From positions 143,902,001 to 143,966,000 of the forward strand of contig OZ024743.1 of assembly GCA_964016885.1 (NCBI GenBank): a stretch of 64,000 nt of DNA. The letters run 5' to 3'. Positions 1 to 12,580 of this stretch are shown here, one piece after another. Each line of letters begins with the position of its first letter. The stretch's first letter is position 1. This stretch comes from Eledone cirrhosa. Lineage: Eukaryota. A program made the position numbers and the translations under genes. The notes under the pieces are model-generated. The model worked only from the letters and a program-made list of their open reading frames with translations. It was not told where the DNA came from and did no database searches.

Positions 1-19
1 TACCATAAGGCATTTTGTG

Positions 20-208
20 TGGTGGATTGGCAGTATCAGTGGAGGGTCGGACGCCATGCTTTCCAGCATAGTTACGTCCCTTTACGATCTGAGTTCAAAT
101 CCCGCCGAGGTTGACTTTGCCTTTCATCCTTACGGGGTCGATAAAATAAAGTACCAGTAATGCCCTGGGTAATTGCTGGCCTTGTGCGTAAAGTAGAAAC
201 AATTATTA
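20..208 (+). mobile_element. tRNA-derived SINE with Meta/MESC-like core
   Basis: B box GAGTTCAAATCCC; core GCCTTTCATCCTTACGGGGTCGATAAAATAAAGTACCAG. Confidence 0.8.
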
Positions 209-1698
209 GGGTGGAATAAGCAAGTGGTGAACATTTATTAACTTAAGATAAATTGATAGATATTTTCTTGTGACTACCCTACATTTATATTCTTAACTAT
301 AATAAAGAAAGGAGTGCGGGACTGCATCCAGAATATATGTTTTTACCCCATTTGTAAAATAAGTTGGATTACTTTGAATAAATAATTAATGAATATTACA
401 TAATTTGTGCTAAATTTCGTGGCTGTTGATTAAATATATTTTATAGCTTATTAAATTATACAATCAAAAAGTAATATACTTAGTTTTGTTTATTTCACAA
501 AAACCTATTCAATGTCAAGTTTCCAGGTGATTGAAAATAGGAATTAAACGTTCCCCGCCTCCATCTTGATATTTATGTAACACCCTCTTTTCTGTTTCTC
601 TCTCTCTCTCTCCACACACAAAGAAATGTGGTGTAATAGAGATAAGTGTCTTACCAACTCCAATCATCTGTGATTAACAGGGCTGAACTTCTTTTTTCAT
701 CTGTCACAATGAATAAAACAAAGAGTTCAGTCAACTATTTTGTTATATTTTTCTTGATTTTTTTCTTGATCTTTTTTTTTTTTTTTTCTTGTGTGTGTAC
801 TCATTAAAGTTTCATTCCTTTTGTGTTTTTTGTTTCATTTTAACCCTAATCCTGGCTGATATAGCTGTGACCTGACCTGGGGAAGAAATGGGCTCTGCTA
901 AGTTTAAAGTGTTCAATGCATGCTGTATGTTACAATGGCATCCCTATGACTTCACCAGGAGATACAGGGCCATACATACACACATATCTACAGAATAGAA
1001 TTAGAAGTACAACTACTTTTTTCTCTGTTTATATACCTGTATGTCCTAATAGGTGACTAAAAGGTTTGGTGCATCAGGCTGTAAAATATTGCCTTAAAAA
1101 GTATAAGTATAAAGTTTATCATGCTGCAGTGCATGGCTAACGTCCATTTTAGCAGGAAAATAGCCTTTAAATGCTTGTTTACTGTCTACTTCGTTATATC
1201 TTAACTGCTGAGGGTTTTTTTCAAATACTTTTTCTAAGGTGTCAACAATTCAATAGCAATCCCATTTCAGACAGATAATTTACATACATGATAAGGAAGA
1301 AGATTATTTTACATACTGGAATATGGAAGAAGATTATACAACACTGACTATGTAATAGTAGTATCTGTGTTGAGGTTCAGCTAATCTCTATACTTTACAA
1401 TTCTATGTTGTCTTGTCTTCCAGAGCTGGTTTCTAATACAATTCTCTGTGATATCATCATCATTGTTTAACGTCTATCTTCCACACTAGCATGGGTTAGA
1501 TGGGAATTGTCCCATTTGAGGTAAGATTGGTCAGGTGACCGTGTCTCGCTCGTATAGGACTATCTGGCAGGTTTTCTACGGTTGGATGTGGACTTGGAGC
1601 TTTTTACCATGTTACCTACATTACAGCGTGGTCTGTTTTTTCCTCCCTTTTCTTTTTCCCTTCTTTTTTTTCCCTTTCCTTTTTTTTCCTTTTCTTTC

Positions 1699-1741
<43 letters not shown>

Positions 1742-2189
1742 AGATTTAGCTAACAAAGACTAGAAAATTGGGGAACTATTATTTTCAAATATAGTTATTG
1801 CCATTACTATTAACTCTTAACATCCTGTAATGATTTAGCAGAAAATATCTAAAAGCAAATGTGTTAATTCACCACCATCTTGAATCTCCTTCAATAGCTT
1901 TCTTTCTATCTCTGAAGTAAAAACTTCACATCATAGGCTGCATACAGGTCACAACAACATACCCTGTGTGTGTATGGACCTATCTGCTGGAGACGTATGG
2001 ATGCTATAATGACATACAATGTGTCTTGGGCATGTGTTAATTCAAATGTTTATAGTATCTTTAGTAGTTGTGAAAATTTGCAGTAAACTAAAGACTTTAA
2101 TTTGTTAATATGATGCAGTCATAAAACTATTTTGTACTTTTCAAGAATAACTTGCTAATGTGGATTCATGTGGCACAGGATGTTAAGAG

Positions 2190-2505
2190 TTTATATCACC
2201 ATTGCCATTTACATCATCAACATCATTGTAATCATCTTCATCACTGTTATTATTATCACCATCATTGCTTATATTACACTCATCATCATCATTACCATGA
2301 TCATTCTCTTCATTGCTCTCATTACCAGCACCACCACCACCACCGTCTTTATCATTATTATTTCATCATTATCATCAACATCATTGCCATTATCACCATT
2401 ATAATAGCTGAAATCATCACCATCATCAACACCATTGCCATTATTATCATTATTATTGTTGAAATCATTAACATTACCATTGCTGTTACAATTGTTATCA
2501 ATTTT
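2190..2505. repeat. Degenerate (CAT/CAC)n low-complexity tract (complementary types at 20185-20520 and 53915-54225)
   Basis: Direct inspection. Confidence 0.85.
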
Positions 2506-3149
2506 TCTTCCATCTTGGTATGGAATAGTTTGGTCTGCAGTAGAGCATATTTTCATCTCCTTGTTCCTCCAGTTCATCTTTAGGGACCCAGGAAGCTGAA
2601 GCTGCTTTCTTCCCTTGCTTTGCTAGGTCTAATTTTACCTTAAAGTGGCGAGTGAGAAATAGATATTGATGTAGAATCGACAGTACCCAAGTACTGGACT
2701 GATACTATTTTATTGATCTTGAAAGGATGAAAGTGAAGTTAATCTCAGCATTTAAGTGGTTCAGTATTCTGTAGAAATGTATAATTTTCAAGTAGAATCA
2801 GTGTGACACAGTGTGTTATAAAACTTGACTTTTGAATTACAGATGCAGTCTATCTGACAGGTTTCTACTCATTTTCTGTCCACCACATTACATTCACAAG
2901 GGTGGGGGTGGTCCTGGATAGAGTGGGAGTGGGTTTGGGTATACAGTGATGGTGAGGATAGTTACTATGGTTGGTCGTAGGGTATGTGGATGAGTCAGGT
3001 CACATTTTATACTGATAGCTAAGTCTTTTTCTGTATGTACATGCATAATTGTGTGTGTGTGTGCATGTGTATATGTGAGACAAAGGGAGAAAGAGAAAGA
3101 GAAACCCTCTTCTGTTTATTATAATCCTCCAGGTCATAATAGAGAACTT

Positions 3150-3990
3150 AAAAAGTTAGCTTCCCATGGGAATTTCTGTATGCAGATGACCTAATTCTCA
3201 TAACTGAATCTGCTGAGAAATTGGAGAAGAAATTCCAGACTTGGAAGAAAAACCTGGAATTAAAAGACCACAAAGTCAACTTAGCCAAGACAAAAGTCCT
3301 TGTAAATTGTAAAGATAACATGGAACTGGTAGAAATTCCATATGATGTGCTCAATATAAACTATGGACACACAAGAAATGTAGTGGAATTTTGGCGCACG
3401 AATTAAGAATGTAGATTTTTTTTATGTGGGAGATGCACAGGAGCAGTAAATAGCAAGTGCTCACATAAAACAGATCTATCAAATGCTCCAATGGTTTCTT
3501 AGAAGTGGTTGATAGCTTCCACTACCTTGGTTACTTATTTTGCTGTGGTGCTGGGTGTTCTGAAAGCACACTAACTAGAGGACTAAATGGAGAAAGTTCA
3601 GGGAGCTACTACCTCTGCTAGTTACAAAGGGTTTTTCTCTCAGTGAAAAAAAACAGATTATATGATGCTTGTGTGTGAATTGTGATGCTGCATAGAAGTA
3701 AGACTTTGGCCTTGAACACAGAGGATGTCTGGTAGCAGTGTGTATGAAGGATGAAGCATCAACGAACTCAAGCAAAAGCTGAGTACAAGATGGATTAGAT
3801 GCAGTGTACAAGAGAGAAGAGTATGCTGATATCTATATGTGATATATATATGAAGGCTGGCATTTGCTTGATATTTGTGCAGCTGCATAAAAAAGTTGAT
3901 GGAAGCTGTGGATGATGTGGTAAAAGCTGACTTCACGAAAATGACAATACAGGACTGAGTTGACTAGCAACATGCCATACTATAGAAGAC
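3150..3990 (+). mobile_element. Old RTE LINE fragment
   Basis: PWEFLYADDL...KVNLAKTKVL remnant. Confidence 0.75.
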
Positions 3991-5353
3991 TCTCCACCCC
4001 ACATGAGTGGGATGAAATGCAAGCAGAGAAGTGCAATGACAATTTTGGGTCCTCTCTAACAATATGCCCCTTCCGCCATATAGTCTTCATCCCATTTACA
4101 TCCTCCTTCTCGATCAGACCCTATACTGAAGCAGGATACAACCAGACATCGCTCGCTCAGTCATGACTCAAAATTTACTTCCCTCCACTCCAATCATCCC
4201 TGATTGTTCCATCCCTATCCAGCCATACCCTCATGGAAAGATGGATGCACCTCCATAATGTACCACTAAATGTCACTGTTTTTTAGGCCACCTCTTTTTA
4301 ACCCCCTCCCTCAGCAAACAACATGTAGTTCCTCCCCATCTGTCATCCCCACTCACATCACTACCTTCCTAGCCTGGTCAAAGACTACACAGTGTTACTC
4401 TCTTTAATGCTACTGTTCTCTCTCACTCCCTCAGCAAGCAACATATAGTTTGTCACCCCTGCCCGCTTTCACCTCCCATCACTGCTTTTTCAGTCTGGCT
4501 GAGGACGACATAATGAGTGCTCTGATGTTGAAAATTAGTAGTACCATGGTAAAATGCAGCTTGTACATGCAATGAAATGGCTGGCAACAAGAAGAGTATC
4601 AAGCTTTAGAAACCATGTCAGGAAAACAGGATAGAGTAACTAGAAAAAAAAAGTATCTAGGTGCTAGAAAGAGCAGAAAATTCCCCCCACCCCACCCCAC
4701 CCCCCTCCTCATTCCATTTTCAGAAAATAAGTAAGCTTGATGGAGGTTAGATTAGTTGAAAACACACGAAAAACCTTATTTATTATCAATTCATTTAGTG
4801 TTATTAGCAGTCAACATACAAACAAACAAACCTCCTTTTTATAAAGATATAGATAGATGATGAAGCTACAGAATTGACTTCAAGGTGGCTGAGGATTGGG
4901 AGAGGAGAACCATGGATAAGGTAATCCTACTTGGACACAAATCAGAGCTTGATCAACCAGCTGGGTTGAAAGACCTGAAATATCCAATGTCCTCAGGTAA
5001 CATCACTTAGTATAAGTCCGGGTAAATGTATGATGTATGAAGAAAATATTTGTAATAAACTGAAATGTTTATAGTCTCAATGGAAGATATTTTGGAAATA
5101 CATTTGTTCAAAGGAAGAAATACTTCAGAATTATGAAGTATTTCTAAATTAGATGATAAGAAGAATTTGGGCCTACAGGAAAAAAAGGACATAAGAGAGT
5201 TTCTGGGCTCATTAAAACAGTACTATATGCATTATTTAGTATAGAATAAGGGTTCCCAAACTTATTTTGTCACAATACCCTTAGAGATTATCTAAAAATC
5301 ACAGAACCCATACCTATATTTTATGTTCTACCCCTCTCCATTATAATGAGAGG

Positions 5354-5400
<47 letters not shown>

Positions 5401-5473
5401 GTGACGTTTTTTTTTTGTTTTTTTTTTCTTTTACAAAATGAAAAATAACCGAGGTGTCCTACACGAGTGAAAG

Positions 5474-5769
5474 TATAAAGAAAAAATGATGAAATCGAAA
5501 ATGCAACTGGAGTCTTATTTTTAAAAAAAATATATATATTTATTTGGTTCCTTTACCGGTTTCGCAGTTCTTCTGCTTTTCAAAAGTAGAGTTGAGATGG
5601 AGGGTCTGTGGTTTTTCTCACATCAGATGTGAGAAAAACCACAGACCCTCCATCTCAACTCTACTTTTGAAAAGCAGAAGAACTGCGAAACCGGTAAAGG
5701 AACCAAATAAATATATATATTTTTTTTTAAAATAAGACTCCAGTTGCATTTTCGATTTCATCTTTTTTT

Positions 5770-5776
<7 letters not shown>
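5474..5776. repeat. Near-perfect 300-bp palindrome next to (TA)n, with a hammerhead motif in each arm
   Basis: Centre CATC-A-GATG at 5625; CTT-TTGAAAA-GCAG(AAGAA)CTGC-GAAA-CCGG-TA-AAG at 5664-5699. Confidence 0.9.
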
Positions 5777-5812
<36 letters not shown>

Positions 5813-5910
5813 TATATATATATATTATTTTTTTAATTAAATTTATTAAAAGACACCTTATTTTGTGGAACCCCAAAATTTAAGTTCAGAATTTAAACAT
5901 ACCCAACTAA

Positions 5911-6102
5911 ATAATTGTTTCTACTTTAGGCACAAGGCCAGCAATTACCCAGTACATTACTGGTACTTTATTTTATCGACCCCCGTATGGATGAAAGGCA
6001 AAGTTAACCTCGGCGGGATTTGAACTCAGATCGTAAAGGGCCGTATCTCTTTGCTGCAAAGCATGGCGTCCGACTCTCTACCGATACTGCCAATCCACCG
6101 CC
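5911..6102 (-). mobile_element. Meta-core SINE copy
   Basis: Reverse complement of 20-208. Confidence 0.8.
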
Positions 6103-7014
6103 CAACTAAATAATACAAGGCATTTTATCTGTCACTTTACTGATTACGCAAGTTCACCAAAATAGTTACCAATCCAACAGCTGTCATTTTTCAGATACAT
6201 CATTTGATGTAATGTGCAAGAAAGAAGACTTTACTAGTATTGACATGTGATGTGTATGAAGCATAGCAGCTGCATAAAGAGATGCAGAGCAATTCCACTG
6301 GCTGGAACAAGGACAGATACTGGAAGATGTGGGATGAGGGAGTGAAGAGTGACCATAAGAAATTAAACCTCACAACTGAAATAACAAAGGATTGAGAGGG
6401 CTAATGCTATGCTGTGATAAGGAAGACCCTGCCAGAAGCATACAATATAACCTGACCCACCATGAGCCCTCTCCCTCCCAATAGCATTCCCAACCATCTA
6501 TCCTCACCACTACTGTTGGCGACAAGAAGGGCACCCTGCTATAGAAACCATGCCTAAATGGGTTGAGAGGACCCTTTTGTTGTATCATAGATACAACAAC
6601 CACTCTGGTGTTGGTGATTGACATGATAACTGCACTTAGTACATGTATTAATTGGTTGGTGATAGGAAGGGCATCCAGCTGTAGAAAGCTTGCCAAACAA
6701 AGGGTTGGGAAGACCCTTTAGTTGTGTCTAGGTCATGGCAGCCTCCCTAGTGTTGATGATCTACACAATAAAAACACCTAGTACACACTGTAAAGTGGTT
6801 TGTGTTAAGAAGTATGTCCAACCATAGAAAGCTTGCCAAACAAGGGGTTAGGAGGACCCTTCAGTGTCAAAAGACATAACAACTTCTGTGCATATGACTG
6901 TACATAAGCAGGAAACAGACTCTTTGGCCTGTCTGGGAGGCCAGTAGTTCCAGTTCAGTACTGACTTGGTCTATGTAAACCTGTCCAATCCTTGCTATCA
7001 GGGGAAGCAGATGT

Positions 7015-7940
7015 TAAATGATGATGATGGTCACCATCACATGTCCATACCATCACAATCTTCTTTCTTGCTCACTACATTGGATTCCTCTTATGCAGAG
7101 TTTTTCTCTCAGTTCACTTATGTTATGTCGTTCATGCATACTAAAGTTACACATCCACTGGAACATACTTGCCTCATTTCTTTCTAGCCTTTGCAAGTCT
7201 TCTGTGGTTAAGGCCCATGTCTCACTGCCATGTGGCATTGCAGTTCACATGCAAGCATCATACAGTCTACCCTTCATTCTGAGAAAGAAGCCCTTTATTG
7301 TTAATACTAGCTCCTTAAACTTTTTGTAATTTTGCCATTTAAAATTAGTATTTTTAAGGTCAATAAAAACATTTCTGAAAATTTTTACATTTAATTTTAG
7401 TTGAAAATTTGTTCATACATAAGAAAATATAGAAAATATAGTTTATTAATAAAAAAAAAACTAAAAAACAATTATTTATTTTTTAAAATCCTACACTTTA
7501 TTTTTTTAATTAATATTCTGGAAAAAAAAGTTCATAAAACGTTTATTTACATTTGGAAATGATTTTCAAAGCCTTTTACCCATCATCATCACCACATAAC
7601 ATCCATTTTCCATGCTTGCATGGGTCAGATGGATCGTCTGCATTGAGAGACAAGTCTGGCCAGAATTGGCCACACTGTACCTTGCTCTGCCGGAACTGGT
7701 AAAAAATAATCACAAGGATATATCATCATCATCATCATCATTTTATGTCCACTTTTCCCTGCTTGCAAGGGTGGGACAGGTCCTATACAGCACAGCATCT
7801 CTCCACTTGTCACGGTCCTTCGTCATCTCCTCCGTGAACTTCAGCGATCTGAGGTCTGCTCTCACCACCTCCACACATGTTTTTCGTGGTCTTCCTCTAC
7901 TCCGTCTTCCTTCTATTGGGAGTTCTTGGCACTTCTTTAT
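7015..7940 (-). mobile_element. RTE 3' fragments (7035-7325 and 7725-7940)
   Basis: HGSETWALT...ERNEASM; 7735-7937 matches the RTE 3' end at 50330-50540. Confidence 0.8.
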
Positions 7941-8214
7941 ATATGAGTTTGAAATATAACAAATTTGTGCTTCGACCTTTTATGACATTTTAAGTTTAGT
8001 TTTATTTAATTATTTGTCAATTTGATTTCACTTGTGAAGAAATAAAAAACAATTAAATAACTTATTTAATTTAATTATTTATTTATTTTTTATTTCTGTT
8101 ATTCTTTTATTGGCTTCAGTCATTAGACTGTGGACATGCTGAGGTACTGCCTTGAAGGGATTGAGTTAATCATATCGACCCTGTGCTTTATTTTTCAGAG
8201 TCTGGTACTTATTT

Positions 8215-8745
8215 TATTTATCTCTTTTTATAGAACTTTTTTCCGTCCTCATGTTGCATTGGTAGATCATGTTACGTTCTCGGTATCTGTTGTTGAGGGG
8301 GCACGTTGATCTATCAGGGCAGTTACACCTCCTGGTCGGCTCTCCACTAATGTCTAGGTTGTTTCTTCCATAGGAGTTGAGTTTCTTGTTGTTTGAGGAG
8401 GCGATGTTTTGTGCGAAGTTGGGTTTTTTCACCTGCTTTCTAGCTAGCCTAATTTCATCCACATTCCTTAGAATTTGCTGTATAGAATTCACTTTCAATG
8501 CTTGACCGACTCCACCCACTCCCTCCTTGTTCTACAGACAAGTTCAGCCACCCACTGCCATGAAAAATTTAATTGTGTTTACAAGAAATTTTGACCAATC
8601 CTTTTGACAACTACAATCTTCCCATATATGGAATTACCCCTTGAAAAGTTTGGCTATTTATTACCACCCTAAAAATCTAATTTAGTCCAGAAATAGCCGT
8701 CGAAACGGCTTGAGCTCTGCCGTCGGGGTCTTGAACATTTTCCTA
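8215..8745. mobile_element. Penelope-like fragment (- strand 8215-8440) with an oppositely oriented hammerhead-bearing terminus
   Basis: CNCPDRSTCPLNNR..ERNMIYQC motif; hammerhead motif at 8636-8729. Confidence 0.7.
8636..8729 (+). ncRNA. Type I hammerhead ribozyme motif, U3-A8 core
   Basis: ACCCC-TTGAAAA-[GGCTATTT...AAATAGCC]-GAAA-CGGC(9 nt)GCCG-TC-GGGGT. Confidence 0.7.
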
Positions 8746-9259
8746 TATATATATATGTATATATACATATATATGTATATGTATATAACTATGATAACTT
8801 TGATAGATTTCGGCCAGTATTGGCCCAGGCCAAGTCTAACTTAATAGCACCTCCTGGCGAAGTCTTTCAAATCAGGATTTGGACACCATGGCTTACTCAA
8901 GTAGAGAATCATTGTTTATGGAGACATATTCTCAGACCGGGTGATGTGTTGTTTCCTTGAGAAAAAGACACTTTATTTCACATTGCTCCAGTTTACTCAG
9001 TTGTAGAAATGGGATGATAGGACTGTGGTCCCTATCATTCCACTGTAAAGTGGTCGTGGAGGTGCCACGGCAAAAAAGCACCCAGCACTCACTGTAAATG
9101 AGGTTGGTGTTAGGTAATGCATCCAGCTGTAGAAATCAAGCCAGAAGCAGTTCCCATATGAGCAAGACAAGGTCAGCCGACTGGACACAGCCCACAACAG
9201 GACAACCCGTCTAAACCATGCTAGCGTGGAAGAACAGACGTAAAATGGTGATGATGATA

Positions 9260-10495
9260 TCCAAGTGTTGGATCCAGAATTTCTTGAAGGAATTTGTCCA
9301 AAGACTTCTTGAACTTTATGGGGTCTGTTTCCGTTTTAATGTGCTTTGGTGTAAGTGGGACCAATTGAAGTGAAATAATTGTGCCGTATTGTTATGAGAT
9401 GTGAGTGACATTTTTGTCGTGGGCAGAGAGCACAGAGCCCAAGGTGATGCCTTAAAGGTGATGCCAACATCATTTGGGCAAAGCTGATGGAATATTTTCC
9501 ACATCATGCAGATAATGTAGCGCTCATGGCGATGTTGGAGAGAATAAAGGTTGAGCTTTTCTAATCGACTCCAATAGTGAAGGCCTGTCATGCCATCTAT
9601 CTTTTTTTGTAATAGACCTTTGAGGTGCTTTAACTTTCATGATACTTTGTTTTGTGTGGGGAGACCACAGTGGACAACAGTATTCAAGGTCGGGTCGGGC
9701 AAAAGTGGAGAAGAGAAAGATAACAGTGTGGATATCTCTCGACTGGAAGGTTCTGAGAATCCATGAACATATTCTGCAGGCCATGTCAACTTTTCTGTTT
9801 ATATGAGTGGCCCAGCTTATGTTGTTGTCCACCTGAAGGAAGAGAGTATGGGAGTTTCTAGGCATCCTCTTTTCCAAAGTGTATTAACTCGAATTTATCC
9901 TCATTCAGCAGCATATTGTTCTTTTCCGCCTATTGGATAACAGCCAGTAGGTCTGACTGAAGGCAAGTCTGGTCACCCACCTCATTGATGACCCTCTGGA
10001 GCTTGGAATCATCTGTATTGATTCTTATGTTGGTATGCTTGATGATGTCAGAAATGTCATTAATGTAGATGATGAAAAGAAGTGGGCCCAACACAGTGCC
10101 TTGCAGGACGCCACAGCTGACTTTGAGAGCCCTCTCCCAAGTCTCTCAAAATATCATCAAAATGGTGCAGAAGCTGCGTTAGGCAGTCCCTTCCATTACG
10201 GAACCCATGTTGGTTGGAGTTCAGCAGGCCGTTGCTTTCAAGAAAGTGGGTTATTCATGATCTCACCACCCTCTCAAATACCTTGATGATATGAAATGTG
10301 AGTGAGATTGGACGGTAGTTCACTGCAAGAAACTTGTTTCCCTTTTTGAAAACTGGGACAACGGACTGGGACAAAATGTTTTCAGGAATCTAGTAAGTTC
10401 CTCCACAGATTAGCAAGAGGAGATGCAAGTTGGTGTCGACACACCTTCAGGACACAAGCAGGGAACCTATCGAGGCCTACTGCTGAATTGTGTAC
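9260..10495 (-). mobile_element. Decayed CR1-group LINE RT fragment, second family (short copy at ~48280-48460)
   Basis: RPDLEYCCPLWSPH and LYSLQHRHERYIICMMWKI motifs; many frameshifts. Confidence 0.8.
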
Positions 10496-10585
10496 ATATA
10501 TATATATGTATATATATACATATATATATATGCATATGTATGTATGCATGTATGTATGTATATGTATGTATATATATATATATTT

Positions 10586-11675
10586 GAAAAAAAAGAAAAG
10601 AATGACTTCACTTGTAGTGTTAAATAATTTGATTTAATTTTGTAATATTATAATATTATGAGTTGGTAGATCTAGTAAGTTCTTTGTTAACTTCAGTGGG
10701 AAGAATTTTAAAGATACCTGGTTAACTTTTCTTGGAGAACTTTCTTGCAGTCGCAGTCGTCGGTGGCGATTGTCAAATTGAGATCAGGTTGTATTGTGAT
10801 GTGTGACTCTATAGATAAGAGAGATTTGGATGTGTCTGGGGTGTGGGGTGTGGTGTTAATGAGTATTGATGAAGATTTAAAGAAATTAAAGCATACACAC
10901 ACACACACATATATGGACTGTAATTATATTTACATATAGGGAAGTGAATATGTGAGCTAGCATGTCCCCCCTCCCCCACAGTTCCCCTCCCAAACCCAAA
11001 TCAACAACATACATTTCTGACAAATGTTCCAAAACTATCCTTCTTTTTTTCTCTTTTTACTGTCATCCTATTCTTATCAAAAGACATGTATCTTACACCT
11101 CATTAAAACCCACCATCACCACCACCACCACCAGACACCTAAATTCATCTTTGATATAGAAATTTGTAGAAGATATTCTTTATAAATTTAAGAGTTGATT
11201 CAGCTATAAGAAACTAATTTGAAAAACATCCTGCCATTATATTCATCAAAGGTCATCTATTGAAATAAAATCAGCAGGAGGGGTTTTTTACAACCACTTT
11301 CTTAAACACTCTTATCTTGATGTCAACCTCACCATTTTCTGTGTGTATATATGTATGTGTGTGTGTATGCTTTAATTCCTTTAAATCTTCATCAACACTC
11401 ATTAACACCACACCCCACACCCCCAGACACATCCAAATCTCTCTTATATATAGAGTCACACATCACAACACAACCTGATCTCAGTTTGACAATCGCCACC
11501 AACGAATGCGAGAAAGTTCTCCAAGAAAAGTTAACCAGGAATCTTTAAAATTCTTCCCACCGAAGTTAACAAAGAACTTACTAGATCTACCAACTCATAA
11601 TATTATATTATAAAATTAAATCAAATCAAATTATTTAGCACTACAAGTGAAGTCATTCTTTTCCTTTTTTTTCCA
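10586..11675. repeat. ~320-bp inverted repeats with a ~445-bp spacer, flanked by (TA)n
   Basis: 10586-10903 is the reverse complement of 11349-11675. Confidence 0.85.
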
Positions 11676-12105
11676 AATATACCTAACTGTACCAAGGATC
11701 TCACACATTTTCCAATATATATATATATATATATACACACACAACAGACCTCCACCCAGTTTAATTTCTTTATATCAAATTTCACTAACAAAGAGTTAGA
11801 GGACACTTGACAGTAGTGTGACTGAACTGAAAATCCTGTGGCTGCAAAGTGACCTTGATCACACAGTCATGCTTGCGCCTATATATGCAAATGTAATTCA
11901 ATTAAAGTTAGTGTCATTGTTTGAGTAGTAGAATTGTTATTTTGTTAGTGAATTTTTGTGAATCTAGTTTTAGCTGTTATTGTACAAAATCTGGTAGTAC
12001 TATTACTACTACCTGGTAGTAATTGTTGCTAGTTTTGTTAAAATTCAATTGTTATGTTAAGGACTGACCTACATGACTCAGTAATATATAACACTGTCAT
12101 CTCAT

Positions 12106-12580
12106 TGGCAGTATCGGTAGAGCGTCGGACAACATGCATCGTGGCATTGAGTTACGTCCCTTTACATTCTGAGTTCAAATCCTGCCGAGGTTAAACTTTG
12201 CCTTTCATCCTTACGGGGTCGATAAAATAAAGTACCAGTAATGCACTGGGATAATTGCTGGCCATATGCCAAAGTTGAAACAATTATTAAAGAAGAAGAA
12301 GAAGAAGATTTAAATTATAACTTATGATATTTTTAAACAATTATTATTAAGTCATCTGAGGGCATTGAATTTGCAGAATCATTAGGGTATTGGATAAAAT
12401 GCTCTCTGGCATTCGTTATGGTTCTCTACATTCTAAGTTCAAATTCCACTAAGGTAAACTTTGCTTTTCATCCTTCTGGGAGGCCAATAAATAAATTACG
12501 AGTTACACACTGGATCAATTTAATTGAATTTCCCCTCCTCTTAAATTGCTAGTCTTGTGTCTAAATTAAAAGCCATTATT
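12106..12580 (+). mobile_element. Two tandem Meta-core SINE copies (one young, one old)
   Basis: Homology to 20-208. Confidence 0.75.

Noticed and set aside
1271-1351. Possible upstream exon (QIIYIHDKEEDYFTYWNMEEDYTTLT)
   Set aside because: Weak donor, phase incompatible with the 15082 exon, no recognisable homology.
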